64,000 nucleotides of DNA from an uncultured Verrucomicrobiae bacterium. Lineage in GTDB: Bacteria > Verrucomicrobiota > Verrucomicrobiia > Chthoniobacterales > UBA10450. Of the stretch, positions 10,056 to 19,998 are shown one piece after another. Below the pieces are notes generated by a model. That model was not told the origin of the DNA. It did no database searches and was given only the letters and a program-made list of their open reading frames with translations. Every line of letters begins with the position of its first letter. Position 1 is the first letter of the stretch. The DNA lies in assembly GCA_963738045.1 (NCBI GenBank), contig CAVTUX010000005.1, positions 548,715 through 612,714 on the forward strand, read 5' to 3'. A program made the position numbers and the translations under genes.

Positions 10056-10227
10056 AAACGGTAGGCTCTCCTGTTGAGGCGGGGCTCGGTGGTTAAAAGC
10101 AGCGGCGATCATCGCCAGCTGTTCCCGCGGAAAGGGGTAGGAAATTAGCCACGTTCCGGGGCGCGGTCAACTGGGACCCCAGAATGGGTTTGATCCTCAC
10201 TCGACCCGACTATAATCTTGCGCACTT

Positions 10228-10566
10228 ATGAGTTGGAGCATCAGTGAGGCAATGACCGACCCGGCGATTCACGAGCCGATGACGTTTCGTTCGGAGTTCA
10301 GGTTTTTCATGCGCGACATTCCGGTCGAAATCACGCTGCGGCTCTACAATCCGATTCACTCGAGCGCGATCGTCATCCGGCAAAGCCATCTCATTTCGGT
10401 CCCGGGCGTAGATCAACCGGAGCAACCCGATTGCGAGGATCAAACCCAGGATGGCGAAGTGTTGCAAAACGTCATCTGCCGATTTGTCTCCGTTTACAAT
10501 GCTGCCCTCGCCAAGGGTCTAAAGCCCGATGCGTCGTGGTTGCAACAGAATCCTGAATTCCACTGA
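10228..10566 (+). CDS. hypothetical protein (uncertain; an antisense 85-aa membrane-like ORF 10210..10467 is the alternative)
   Basis: 112 aa ORF with high third-position GC, divergent from rpsA and co-directional with the next gene. No recognisable domain. Confidence 0.3.
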   Translation: MSWSISEAMTDPAIHEPMTFRSEFRFFMRDIPVEITLRLYNPIHSSAIVIRQSHLISVPGVDQPEQPDCEDQTQDGEVLQNVICRFVSVYNAALAKGLKPDASWLQQNPEFH

Positions 10567-10645
10567 ATGTGATCGGCCCAGCTCTCGGTCAGGAACTTCC
10601 TTGGATTTGACGCCGTTGTTCTCTTCGTGTCGTTTCCACGAACGC

Positions 10646-11134
10646 ATGACAAAATATCTCGTCGTCCTCTTTTTTGCCGGGGCGTCTCTTTCGTCGCAGC
10701 TAATGGCTGCATCCCCGGCCGAAGAGCAAGTCGCAGAAGCGATAAAGGCGCAGAGTATCTCGGTGGTCCACCTTTGGGCGCCGTGGTGCTCCAATTGTCA
10801 GGCGGAACTCAAAAGCGGCGGCTGGACCAAGACGGTCAAAGATAATCCGGAAGTGAAGTTTTATTTCGTTTCAGTTTGGAACGGCGGCGAAGACGGACGC
10901 GCCATGCTCGCCAAATACCAGATCGCACAGCAACCGAACGTGACCATTCTGGCCGACCCCGGCCCGCGCGGGGCCGATCACATCAAACAGTTTGTCGGCC
11001 TGCCTCTGAGCTGGATACCAACCACCTTGATCTTTAAGGGCGGCGATCTTCGCTATGCGCTGGACTACGGCGAAATTCGTTTCCCGGTCCTGCAACAGTT
11101 GATTTCCGACAGTAATTCCGGCTGGGAGCATTGA
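10646..11134 (+). CDS. secreted thioredoxin-fold (TlpA/ResA-like) protein
   Basis: ORF 10529..11134. Signal peptide begins at MTKYLVVLFFAGASLSSQLMA (ATG 10646). CxxC motif WAPWCSNCQ. Confidence 0.75.
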   Translation: MTKYLVVLFFAGASLSSQLMAASPAEEQVAEAIKAQSISVVHLWAPWCSNCQAELKSGGWTKTVKDNPEVKFYFVSVWNGGEDGRAMLAKYQIAQQPNVTILADPGPRGADHIKQFVGLPLSWIPTTLIFKGGDLRYALDYGEIRFPVLQQLISDSNSGWEH

Positions 11135-11228
11135 TGCTTCGCGCGGGCGAAATTGGAGTTGCGAGAGCAGGACGGCTGTAGCATCTTCCCCGTCCGCCGA
11201 GCCGGTCCCGGCCGTCGCAAATTTACCT

Positions 11229-11960
11229 ATGTCCACCACGATCGAACTAGTGCCCGAGCTCCTCGAAGCGGGCGTGCATTTTGGCCACCAGACCAAGCGC
11301 TGGAATCCGAAGATGAAGCCGTTCATTTTCGAGAAGCGCAACGCCATCTACATCATCAACCTCGATGAGACGGTGAAGCAGTTGCAGCGCGCCACCGATT
11401 TTCTGCGCGAGGTGGCTCAGCGGGGCGGCAAGATTCTTTTTGTCGGTTGCAAGAAACAGGCCCAGGAAGCGGTCAAGGAAGCCGCCACGGCCTGCGGTCA
11501 ATTTTACGTTAACCAGCGCTGGCTCGGTGGCACCCTGACGAACCTCGCTACGATCCGGAAAAGCATCGGGCGTTTGAAATACATCGAAGAGATCGAGGCG
11601 TCACCCGACTACAAGAAAATGGGCAAACAAGAGCTGGCGGCCCTGAATCGTGAGGCCGCGAAATTGCGCCGCAACCTCGAAGGGATTCTTGAAATGTCTC
11701 AGCTCCCGGACGCCCTGATCATCATCGATACGACACGCGAGCAGAACGCGGTTAACGAAGCGCGCCGTCTCGGAATTCCGACCGTTGCGATCGTCGACAC
11801 AAACGCTGATCCCGAGATTATCGACTACCCGATTCCCGGTAATGATGACGCTATTCGCGCCATCCGCGTGATGCTGCAAAAGCTCGTCGACGCCATCGTC
11901 TCGGCTAGTGGCGAAGCACGGCTGCGCGAGGAAGTCGAGATGGCCGGGATCTCGGCCTAA
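11229..11960 (+). CDS. rpsB: 30S ribosomal protein S2
   Basis: 243 aa. LLEAGVHFGHQTKRWNPKM and the canonical S2 core. The stop TAA lies inside a GCCTAACGA motif copy. Confidence 0.95.
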   Translation: MSTTIELVPELLEAGVHFGHQTKRWNPKMKPFIFEKRNAIYIINLDETVKQLQRATDFLREVAQRGGKILFVGCKKQAQEAVKEAATACGQFYVNQRWLGGTLTNLATIRKSIGRLKYIEEIEASPDYKKMGKQELAALNREAAKLRRNLEGILEMSQLPDALIIIDTTREQNAVNEARRLGIPTVAIVDTNADPEIIDYPIPGNDDAIRAIRVMLQKLVDAIVSASGEARLREEVEMAGISA

Positions 11961-12042
11961 CGAAGGTCTCCGCGTTCACCGGCCGTGGTCGTCAGGCCGT
12001 GGCTGATGGGAGTGTTTGGCTCTCAAACCCAACTTTTTTACC

Positions 12043-12672
12043 ATGGAAATAAATCCTCAGACCGTTAAACAACTACGGGAGAAAACCAACGCCGGCTTCA
12101 TGGACTGCAAGCGCGCCCTCGCCGAAGCGGGTGGTGATCTCGACAAGGCGGAGACGCTTTTGCGCACGAAGGGAATTGCCAGCGCGGGCAAGAAATCATC
12201 GCGGGCTACCAAAGAAGGGATTGTCGCCTCTTACATTCATTTGCAGGGCAAAGTGGGCGTGTTGGTAGAGGTAAACTGCGAGACTGATTTCGTGGCGAAG
12301 AACGAAGGCTTCCGCGCCTTTGTCAAGGACATCACGCTTCACATCGCTGCCGCACAGCCGCTGTATGTCAGCCGCGACGAAGTTCCGCCGGCGACGATTG
12401 CAGCCGAGCGTGCGATTTATGCCGCCCAAGTCAAAGGCAAACCGGAAAACGTGACGGCAAAAATCGTCGAGGGAAAACTCGATAAATTTTATAGCACCGT
12501 TTGTCTGCTCGAGCAGGGCTTCATCAAGAATCCCGACCAGACAATCAAGGAATTAGTCGCGTCAAAGATTGCCGAGATCGGCGAGAATATCGTGATTCGT
12601 CGGTTCACGCGCTACTCGGTCGGCGAGCCGCTGAGTCACGAACCGACGGCCGTACCTGCGGTTCAAGGCTAA
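12043..12672 (+). CDS. tsf: translation elongation factor Ts (short form)
   Basis: ORF 12016..12672. ATG 12043 gives MEINPQTVKQLREKTNAGFMDCKRAL, the UBA-like EF-Ts N-terminus. Downstream of rpsB, as usual. Confidence 0.93.
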   Translation: MEINPQTVKQLREKTNAGFMDCKRALAEAGGDLDKAETLLRTKGIASAGKKSSRATKEGIVASYIHLQGKVGVLVEVNCETDFVAKNEGFRAFVKDITLHIAAAQPLYVSRDEVPPATIAAERAIYAAQVKGKPENVTAKIVEGKLDKFYSTVCLLEQGFIKNPDQTIKELVASKIAEIGENIVIRRFTRYSVGEPLSHEPTAVPAVQG

Positions 12673-13787
12673 CCTTTGCGGCCGAAAATGAAGGCACGCA
12701 GGGCCGCGGTTTGGGCGAAGAGCCTAGTGGCCCTGAAACTGCGCCACGCACGGGCAAAGCAAAACCCGCCCAACTAGCGCTTACGCGCTAGCGGACGGGC
12801 CCTCGCACTCGAAGTTCGTTAGTCGTCAGGGACTGGTCGGCGGAAGCTGCGGCGGAGGTCCTTCCGCAGGGAAGCACGACCTCAATTCCCATCCCGAGCG
12901 AAGAGGCACCCGAGACGAGGCAAAATATGAGCCCTCTCGAACAAAAGGAGAGAAAAGGCGCCTTCATATAATTTCCATAGCTTCGAAACCACGGTAGAAA
13001 ATCGCCTTCGCCTTGGCAATCAAAATCTCGGCACGGAGAAGGATTCTTGTAAGACGCAATCCGCGAGCCAAATTTGGCGCAATACCCGGCAGCGAATATG
13101 TGTTCCGGTTAAGGCGCAGAACTCCACGCGATTTGCTGGCAATCCTCGAACTCTCGCCGGTCACAACGAGACGCTATTCCCGAGAAGAGCGGTCGATCGC
13201 CCGTACGGGAGCAAGCGCGCGCGCCGCGGCCTCAACCTAGTTTTTCGCGACGAGGGTCATCTGAGCCGCTCGGTACTTCCCCGAACACTCGAAGGCGAGA
13301 ATGGAATACGAGAGTATTTACCACCGAAATCGCTGATTCGATACGCTCTCCAATTGAGCCTCGGATCCAGAACGCAGGTTCCGCCTTCATTTTCCCATTC
13401 CAGCCAGAGGAGCGGCTGGTGACGGCGTGCTTACCGATGATCAAGCGCAAATTCGTCGCACCATGTGATCGCATCAATTGGTAAAGCACAATTGCCCTTG
13501 GCCTTACAATCCGCGGGCGGCTCTCGATTTGGTTTCGGCAGGAGTCTTCCACTCCCGGGTAAAGCCATACGGGATCAAACGCAGGTCGGCGATCCAGTGA
13601 TTGACGATTCCCGGCGAAATGTCCCGATCCGAGATCAAGACAGGACGAACGAGTTCATTTGCCGATCGTAGGGAGTGTTTTTACACTCAGAAGGACTGAT
13701 TTGGCCAAAACAGGAGAGGCAGGAGAAACCAATCGCTGCCAGGAAAAAAAGAAAAAGCGCTTAAGAGCAAACGGATTGATGCTCACG

Positions 13788-13811
13788 AAAATCATATTTG
13801 ATTATGATTTT
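13788..13811. promoter_or_regulatory. AT-rich 9-bp inverted repeat, Fur-box-like operator candidate
   Basis: AAAATCATA-tttgat-TATGATTTT (13788-13796 / 13803-13811), built of GATWAT-like hexamers. It lies in an ORF-poor stretch next to a TonB-receptor fragment. Confidence 0.25.
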
Positions 13812-14099
13812 TACAAGCAGCGTCCGTGTCACTCTGGCGACGTTGCCTGGCGTGCCGTGGGTCCTTTTCCGCGCGACTGTGATGAATCGCTCAATCCACT
13901 AGGAACACGCAGCTTTCCCGGCGGGCAAAGGGGGCAACCGTTTCCCTCGCCTAACAAACCTCGGTTGCCGCTCGGCTAAAGCAGCCGTTCCGCTTCGCGC
14001 AAACGACGCAGATTCATCCCCACTTCCAAAGAAAAGCGACGACCACAGCCGCTGACAGAGTCGGCGGATGATCGCCGCTTGAAATTTTCCTGCCTGTCC

Positions 14100-14387
14100 T
14101 TAGTGGCCCGTAATGTTGACCGAAGGATCCAACGCCAGTATACCCTGGGTCGTGTATCGCCCGGTGCGATCCAGTTCAGCCCGAGGATAAACGCGAACCG
14201 GAGAGACCGTATCCGTGCCGATGGCCTTCACTGCCACCCGCTGTGGAATATTCGAGCCCGTTACGAAAACCAGCTTCCCTGCAGTTTTCTGCCCACTCAC
14301 CGCTTCCGCTAACGGGTCAGCGGCCACGATTCCGATCCCCACGAGACTCGCGGCGGCAATGCCAAGCGCTAGTTTGAGAGTTTTCAT
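14100..14387 (-). CDS. small secreted protein resembling the extreme N-terminus (signal peptide plus start of plug) of a TonB-dependent receptor; possibly a gene remnant
   Basis: 95 aa. MKTLKLALGIAAASLVGIGIVAA signal peptide, then VFVTGSNIPQR...LALDPSVNITG. Compare IIVTGSNIPTAQE in the receptor at 16762-19920. Confidence 0.5.
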   Translation of the reverse strand: MKTLKLALGIAAASLVGIGIVAADPLAEAVSGQKTAGKLVFVTGSNIPQRVAVKAIGTDTVSPVRVYPRAELDRTGRYTTQGILALDPSVNITGH

Positions 14388-14399
14388 AAGATCAAAATA

Positions 14400-14830
14400 G
14401 GCCCTCTATCGGCGGTTGCAAGTGCGCGCGCCCTTCAGCGGCGGGAGGGGCGAAGAAGGCCAAGTCACCGTTTCGCTGACTTGCCGATCGGCCGGCTTGG
14501 AGCTCTTCCGTCGATTGGTTGCAAAGCCTTCGGCTTCGTTAAAAGGGAAGCCGCAGGGCTTTTCGGATTGCCCCATAAGAACCGCTAGCTTCTGGATCCA
14601 AATCACGCGGAGGCAATTCTCCTGCCAATCGACCTCGAGTCCACTGCTCCACATCGTGGCGCTTCGTAGCGAGGACCTTGATGGAATCGAGGCCGCTTCG
14701 CGACCCGGATACCGGCCAAAACGCTTGGATAAACAAAGGACGCCCCGTATTCTTCGATGTGACCGGCACACGAGAGATAACGAGTCCGGAGAGGCAAAAA
14801 ACCAATAGCCAGTTCCCTCCAAAAACTGTG
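14400..14830 (-). pseudogene. badly decayed bacterial sugar transferase (polyprenyl glycosylphosphotransferase C-terminal domain) remnant
   Basis: The three minus frames together give pieces resembling the Bac_transf consensus: LLVFCLSGLVISR..TGRPLFIQ, QKRFGR, IKVLATKRHDVEQ, DSRSIGRRI, GELPP. Several frame changes would be needed to join them. Confidence 0.35.
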
Positions 14831-14841
14831 GAGAATCGGCG

Positions 14842-15555
14842 TTGAAATTCTCGGAATCGGTCGCAAAGCTCGGCCAGCAGCTTACCTACCGGCGCGCGTG
14901 GCGCCGCACGCGCCGACTCCTTCATCCCGTCTGGATGGCACCACTGCTGGCGAAGATTGATCAAGATCGGCTCGCGGATTTGCGGGCAAGGTACGGTTCT
15001 CTCTCTTCGGATGCGCCGGGTTTATGGCGTCACTACTCGAAATATCTCGACGTTAAAAGGCATCTTCACCTTAACATCCAACGCGCCCAGGATCTGAACC
15101 TGCCCCGCCTGCCTCCACTGGAAATCCTGGATCTCGGATGTGGCGGCGGATATTTTCTCTTCGTCGCCCGGGCTCTTGGTCACCGCAGCCTGGGTCTGGA
15201 CGTTGGCGGCATTCCCCTGTTCGACGACCTGGTGGACCTTCTCGGAATCGATCGCATCGAATACAGGATTACGGGCCTCGAAATGCTGCCAGACTTCGGC
15301 CGAAAGTTCGATCTCATTACGGCTTTTGCCACCGCATTTCAGGGCGGCCGGGAAGATTCCTGGCGCTGGGGCAAGCAAGAATGGGATTTTTTTCTGGCGG
15401 ATTTAGCGCGGCGCCTCAAGCCGGGTGGAAGAATCTTCTTCGATCTCAACGCTGCCTATGATGGAAAATACTACACGCCTGAAATCCTCAAGGTTTTTCT
15501 CCGGCGAGGCGGAATGATTGAACGGAGCAATGTTCTCTTCTCATCGAAATCGTAG
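14842..15555 (+). CDS. class I SAM-dependent methyltransferase
   Basis: 237 aa ORF (TTG 14842; alternative ATG 14935). Motif I ILDLGCGGGYFLFVARALG, and post-I LGLDV. Confidence 0.75.
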   Translation: MKFSESVAKLGQQLTYRRAWRRTRRLLHPVWMAPLLAKIDQDRLADLRARYGSLSSDAPGLWRHYSKYLDVKRHLHLNIQRAQDLNLPRLPPLEILDLGCGGGYFLFVARALGHRSLGLDVGGIPLFDDLVDLLGIDRIEYRITGLEMLPDFGRKFDLITAFATAFQGGREDSWRWGKQEWDFFLADLARRLKPGGRIFFDLNAAYDGKYYTPEILKVFLRRGGMIERSNVLFSSKS

Positions 15556-15699
15556 AAGTTGAGCGGCGTTCGTGCGCTTGCACCTGCTTGGGAAATGATC
15601 CTAACTTATAGAGGTCGGGCGGGTCCAAGAATTTCAGGCAGGATCGAGGGAGGTGCTCGTTGAGCGAGCTGATCTCCTGCTGACGTTGCCACTAAAGCT

Positions 15700-16488
15700 A
15701 TGTTTCGATCAAGACCGAGTAAAATTGAGCGATTGGATTTCATTATCGCAGGAACCCAGAAAGGCGGGACGAGCGCGCTGCACTATCATCTCGACCAACA
15801 TCCCAACATCACGATGGCCCATAGCGAGGAAGCGCATATGATTGATCATCCCCGTCGTCACTTCTTCGACGACGAAGATCGGTTTGCGCGCAAGGTCGAA
15901 TACGACATCCTGCACGAAGGGATCAGGCTTAAGCGACAATCGCTCATTACTGGTTCGTGCACACCCATATACACGTATTGGAAGCCGGCGATGGAGCGAA
16001 TTAGGAACTACCACCCCGGAATCAAGCTAATTGTCCTTCTGCGCAATCCGATCGACCGTGCCTTCTCGCATTGGAACATGTATCGCGAGCGAAAGCAGGA
16101 AGATCTCGGCTTTCTCGAGGCGATCGCTGAAGAACCAAAGCGGATTAGTGCGGCGCTGCCTTTTCAACCGCGCCGAACGTCATATCTGGATCGTGGATTT
16201 TACTTTGAGCAAATGGAGCGGGTCTTTCGGTTCTTTCCCCGCGAACAGGTTCACGTGATCAAATTCGATGATTTTCGAAAGCACACGCCGGAAGTGGTGA
16301 ACAAGGTCTTCACCTTTCTCGGATTGAAATCGCTTTCGAAGGTAAAGAACCGTCAGCAGAACCGAATTCCTTACGAGAGACCGATCACCGACGAGGAGAG
16401 AGTTTATCTCTACGAAGCATACAAGGCCGATATTGCACAGCTTGAGCAACTCTTGAACTGGGACTGCTCCGATTGGAAGGAGCGCTAA
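15700..16488 (+). CDS. sulfotransferase family protein
   Basis: 262 aa. 5'-PSB loop IIAGTQKGGTSAL and 3'-PB motif LLRNPIDRAFSHW. Confidence 0.85.
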   Translation: MFRSRPSKIERLDFIIAGTQKGGTSALHYHLDQHPNITMAHSEEAHMIDHPRRHFFDDEDRFARKVEYDILHEGIRLKRQSLITGSCTPIYTYWKPAMERIRNYHPGIKLIVLLRNPIDRAFSHWNMYRERKQEDLGFLEAIAEEPKRISAALPFQPRRTSYLDRGFYFEQMERVFRFFPREQVHVIKFDDFRKHTPEVVNKVFTFLGLKSLSKVKNRQQNRIPYERPITDEERVYLYEAYKADIAQLEQLLNWDCSDWKER

Positions 16489-16692
16489 TCCAAACGGAAC
16501 ACTCGGGTCGGTGACCAAAGATCCGCCGGCGTTCAAAACATGCTTCCGGCGTAAGACCAATCTCCCCCATCAGATTCCGAAAGACGCGGCACCGCCACTC
16601 CGCCGACCCTCTGCTTTGCTTCTGTCTTCATCAATCGCAGCATTCTCCGACGACATCACGAACACTCCTTTCCGCGTGCGCCCCGCGCCGGC

Positions 16693-16731
16693 AAATAAAA
16701 CAAAAGAGGCAGCGGGACGTCCCGCTGCCTC
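16693..16731 (-). terminator. intrinsic terminator downstream of the TonB-dependent receptor
   Basis: Perfect 26-nt palindrome GAGGCAGCGGGACGTCCCGCTGCCTC (16706-16731). On the minus strand it is followed by TTTTGTTTTATTT (16705-16693), about 30 nt after the receptor stop. Confidence 0.7.
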
Positions 16732-16761
16732 TTCGCAATATCCTTCTGAAACTCTAGCTCT

Positions 16762-19700
16762 CTAGAATTTCTTCTTTATCTGGAAGTAAACAAACCTTCC
16801 GGTTGAATCATAGAGGAAGCCCGGGTACTTGGTGGAGTTACCACCGTAGCCGTAGGCCGCCGGAGGATCCTGACCAAAGATGTCGTTACATCCAATGGTG
16901 ATGGTCGTTCCATTCAGCGAGCGCTTCCACCACGGCAAGCCGACGTTGGCCGTTTGCACTGTCGACGACTCGGTCGATTTCCCGTCCTTACCCTTTTCCA
17001 TATCCTTCGCGTCCTTGGAGTAGCCAGCCACCGGCTGGTTTTCCACCGGCGGCACGAAGGTGAAGTCATACGACGCCTGTCCGTCGAAGAACCACGTCTG
17101 GCTCACCCAGTGATTGTTTCCAAAGCCTTTCAACTCGTGGAATCCATCCAGATACCGACAAGTCGTGACCACGTCCCAACCATTCCAGCTCCAATCAATG
17201 GAACTGTTCCCGCGCCATCTCAGATAACCGTCATCGGCGGTCGCAGCAACGCTGGCAACCGCGACACCTGCCAGTGCCTGCGTGAAGGAGGAAGGCGTCG
17301 TCTTGAGGTCGAACTTATTAAGGTAGCTTACGTTGGTGAGCGAGGTGAACGTTCCGAACTACGTCGGATAGACGTATTGCAGGCCAAGATCGATACCATT
17401 AGCGTTAATGGAACCGCTGTTGATGAACGGCACGAAAATCCGGCTGATGTAGCCCGACGCATCGCGCTCAATGATTTCACCGGGCAACAGGCTGTTGGTC
17501 GCTTCACGCTGCAATTCCTGCGGGATGCTCGATTGGATAACCGTGCCGGTCCGCTCGGTGTCCCAGATGTCGACCGACATAGTCAACCCTTGAACAAACT
17601 TTGGCGTCCAAACGAAGCCGGCGGTGAAGGAGACCGAGTCTTCCGGTTGCAGCGCCGGGCTGCTGGTGTTGACCGTGTTCTGTTCAGGCTCAGTCCGGCT
17701 TGGATCGCCAATCGGAACCGGAGGTCCGCCCAGCGAAGTAGGCAAGGTGTCGGTAACGGATTGAAGACCCGAGGTTGGGCTGCCGTAAAGTTCGATCAGC
17801 GACGGCTCGAGGAATCCCTTGCCGATGGTGGAACGGATGGTGAGCGACTCATCAAAGGGCTGCCAACGGAGGCCGAACTTCGGCACCGCAACATTGCTGT
17901 TATTGTTCTCGAACGATTCGTAGCGCACGGCCGCGTCCAGTTCCACCGAGTAGAGACCCGGGAAGTTGAACGTCGGGCTGGTAATCGGAATCTGGGCCTC
18001 CGCATAGAGAGCCCAATCGTTCCGGCCCGCGTTTGTGCTCGCGCCTTTCGAATTGCCGGCAATGTCTCCATCAATCGACAATTGATCGACGTCCTGTTTC
18101 AATTGTTCCTTGCGGAACTGACCGCCAAAGGCAAACCCAACGCCGCCCGCGGGAAGTTTGAAGAGTGAGGTGGTGTAGATATTCAGATCAAGGGTGGCAA
18201 GCTTGGACGTATCAACATCCTTTGGATGAATGGTGGCGAAGGCCACGTCCGCGGCATTGGTCGGGACCGGTGGACCGTGCAGTGCATCGGCAAACGGATC
18301 GAAGGCAGTCCCTCCCGCCAAATCACCACCCGACTGGAAGACCGGCGAGTTTTGATTCAGAATCGACGACAGGCGGGAGTTTGATACCACCGTCGATTGC
18401 GAGGTCTCCTTGACCTGGTTAAAGCGGAAGCCGCTGTCGTAACCCCACGTTCCGTCAAACAACTTGTCGCCTTTCAATCCGAGGGTGGCGAGGAAGTTGT
18501 CGGTTGTATTATCAAACAAGCGATTTCCGAACTCGAGGAAGCGAGCCCGGCTGCCGCCGGAGATAATCTGATTAAAGGGGTTGAAGGGATTGACCGCGTC
18601 GTCCGGTAAACCGGTGTCTGCATATGTCGGGGTGTTCGGCGGCGCCACGCCGTTCAGGTTCATGCCGGGCGGAATGGCGATCGGAACCGAACCGGGCGTT
18701 TGGAAGTTGCCGGTGGCAGTCGGCGCCAGCTCGTCGTGGGAAAAGGCGTGCTCATAGAAGAAGTCGCCGAAGAGCACCATTTGATCCCCATAGATCTTGT
18801 GGCTGAAGTTGGCGAACCCGCCGTAATCCTGAAGGTGAGGATAAGAACTCGAGAATTGGTTGTAGTCAAAACCAGGCAGCTGGGAGAAAGGCGCCCGGAC
18901 CCTGCTTGATCCGTAGATGTACTTGGTCGCCGGGTTTTGGGCCAGTTGGCCATTCGAACCCGTTGGCGCTGTTCCGAAGATGATGCCGCTTGCGGGGTTC
19001 GGCAAAGTGGCCGGATTCACGCCCGCGGCGATGACCACATCTCTCGACAGCGCGAGGTTGTCCGGTGTCGCGTTGCTGCTCAGGAATGGCGGCACGGCCG
19101 AGAAACCCCGATCTCGGTTGAAGATGGAATTCCGCTGATAATAGTTCATTTCACCCGTGACCTGGGTATTGCCATCGCCGATGCCGAAGACTACATACGC
19201 GCGAAATTCGCCCGAATCCTTGTCCAGGGTATTGCCGTATCCCACCGCGGCTTCTGCGCCCTTGTAATCATGGCGCAGCTTGATGTTCACCACGCCCGCA
19301 ACGGCGTCCGCGCCGTAGGTCGTGGAGGCGCCGTCTTTCAGAATTTCGATGCTCTCGATGGCCGCTTCCGGAATCGAGCGTAAATCGAAGAAGGAAGAAG
19401 TGCCGCCATTACCAACCGGATAAGGAGCGATGCGCCGGCCGTCAACGAGCACGAGGGTGGCTTCAGGTCCGAGGCCGCGCAGCGAAATGGCTGTCGCGCC
19501 CGGGGTGAAACCGGTGCCGTTGTTGGAAATCGGAACGCCGCCACCGTTGGCTACCGGAAGACTCTTGATCAGATCTTCTGCGGTACGCGAACCCGATTTG
19601 TTGATCAGGTCACGGTTGATGTTGAGAACCGGATTCGGTCCGACTTCCTGCGCCGTCGGAATGTTCGAACCGGTCACGATGATGCGCTCGGTCTCGGCGG

Positions 19701-19920
19701 TTTGGCCCTGGCCGATCGCATTTTCGTTGCTGCCAGCTCCAGCAGCGCCGATTGCTCCAGCGTTGCCTTCCTGGATCGGCCCCTGGTCTGCTGGCGAGGG
19801 CGCAGCCTGTTGGGCAAACGCATTGGAACCCGCAAGAATCGGAATCGCCACGCCGACCGCGAAGGCCGTGCGAAGAAATCCGAACTGTCTTTTTGTAGTT
19901 CTGATCATTAGTTTCTCCAT
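16762..19920 (-). pseudogene. TonB-dependent receptor (about 1052 codons) interrupted by a single in-frame TAG at 17361-17359
   Basis: ORFs 17359..19920 (signal peptide, IIVTGSNIP plug, barrel) and 16762..17172 (C-terminal ...GRFVYFQIKKKF) are in the same frame. Hand translation across the gap reads ...LQYVYPT*FGTFTSLTNVSYLNKF... with no other stop. Confidence 0.85.
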
Positions 19921-19980
19921 TGGTGTTTGGTTAGGTTTGGGGGTGAGAATTCAGGAATAAATTAAGTCTGACAAGTGTTT

Positions 19981-19998
19981 TTTTCATTTTTTTGAAAA
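19981..19998. promoter_or_regulatory. AT-rich inverted repeat in the promoter region of the TonB-dependent receptor
   Basis: TTTTCA-tttttt-TGAAAA, 60-80 nt upstream of the receptor start codon, within the only AT-rich stretch of the 373-nt divergent intergenic region. Confidence 0.2.

Noticed and set aside
10210-10467. 85-aa minus-strand ORF with an N-terminal hydrophobic helix upstream of rpsA
   Set aside because: It fully overlaps the longer + strand ORF 10228..10566 in the wobble-matched antisense register. Neither has a recognisable domain. I listed the longer one at low confidence rather than both.
12825-12890. SRP/4.5S-RNA-like hairpin (GUCAGG...GGAAG...) downstream of tsf
   Set aside because: The conserved domain IV sequence GGUCCGGAAGGAAGCAGCC and its symmetric loop cannot be aligned. 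It is more likely a weak terminator-like structure or chance.
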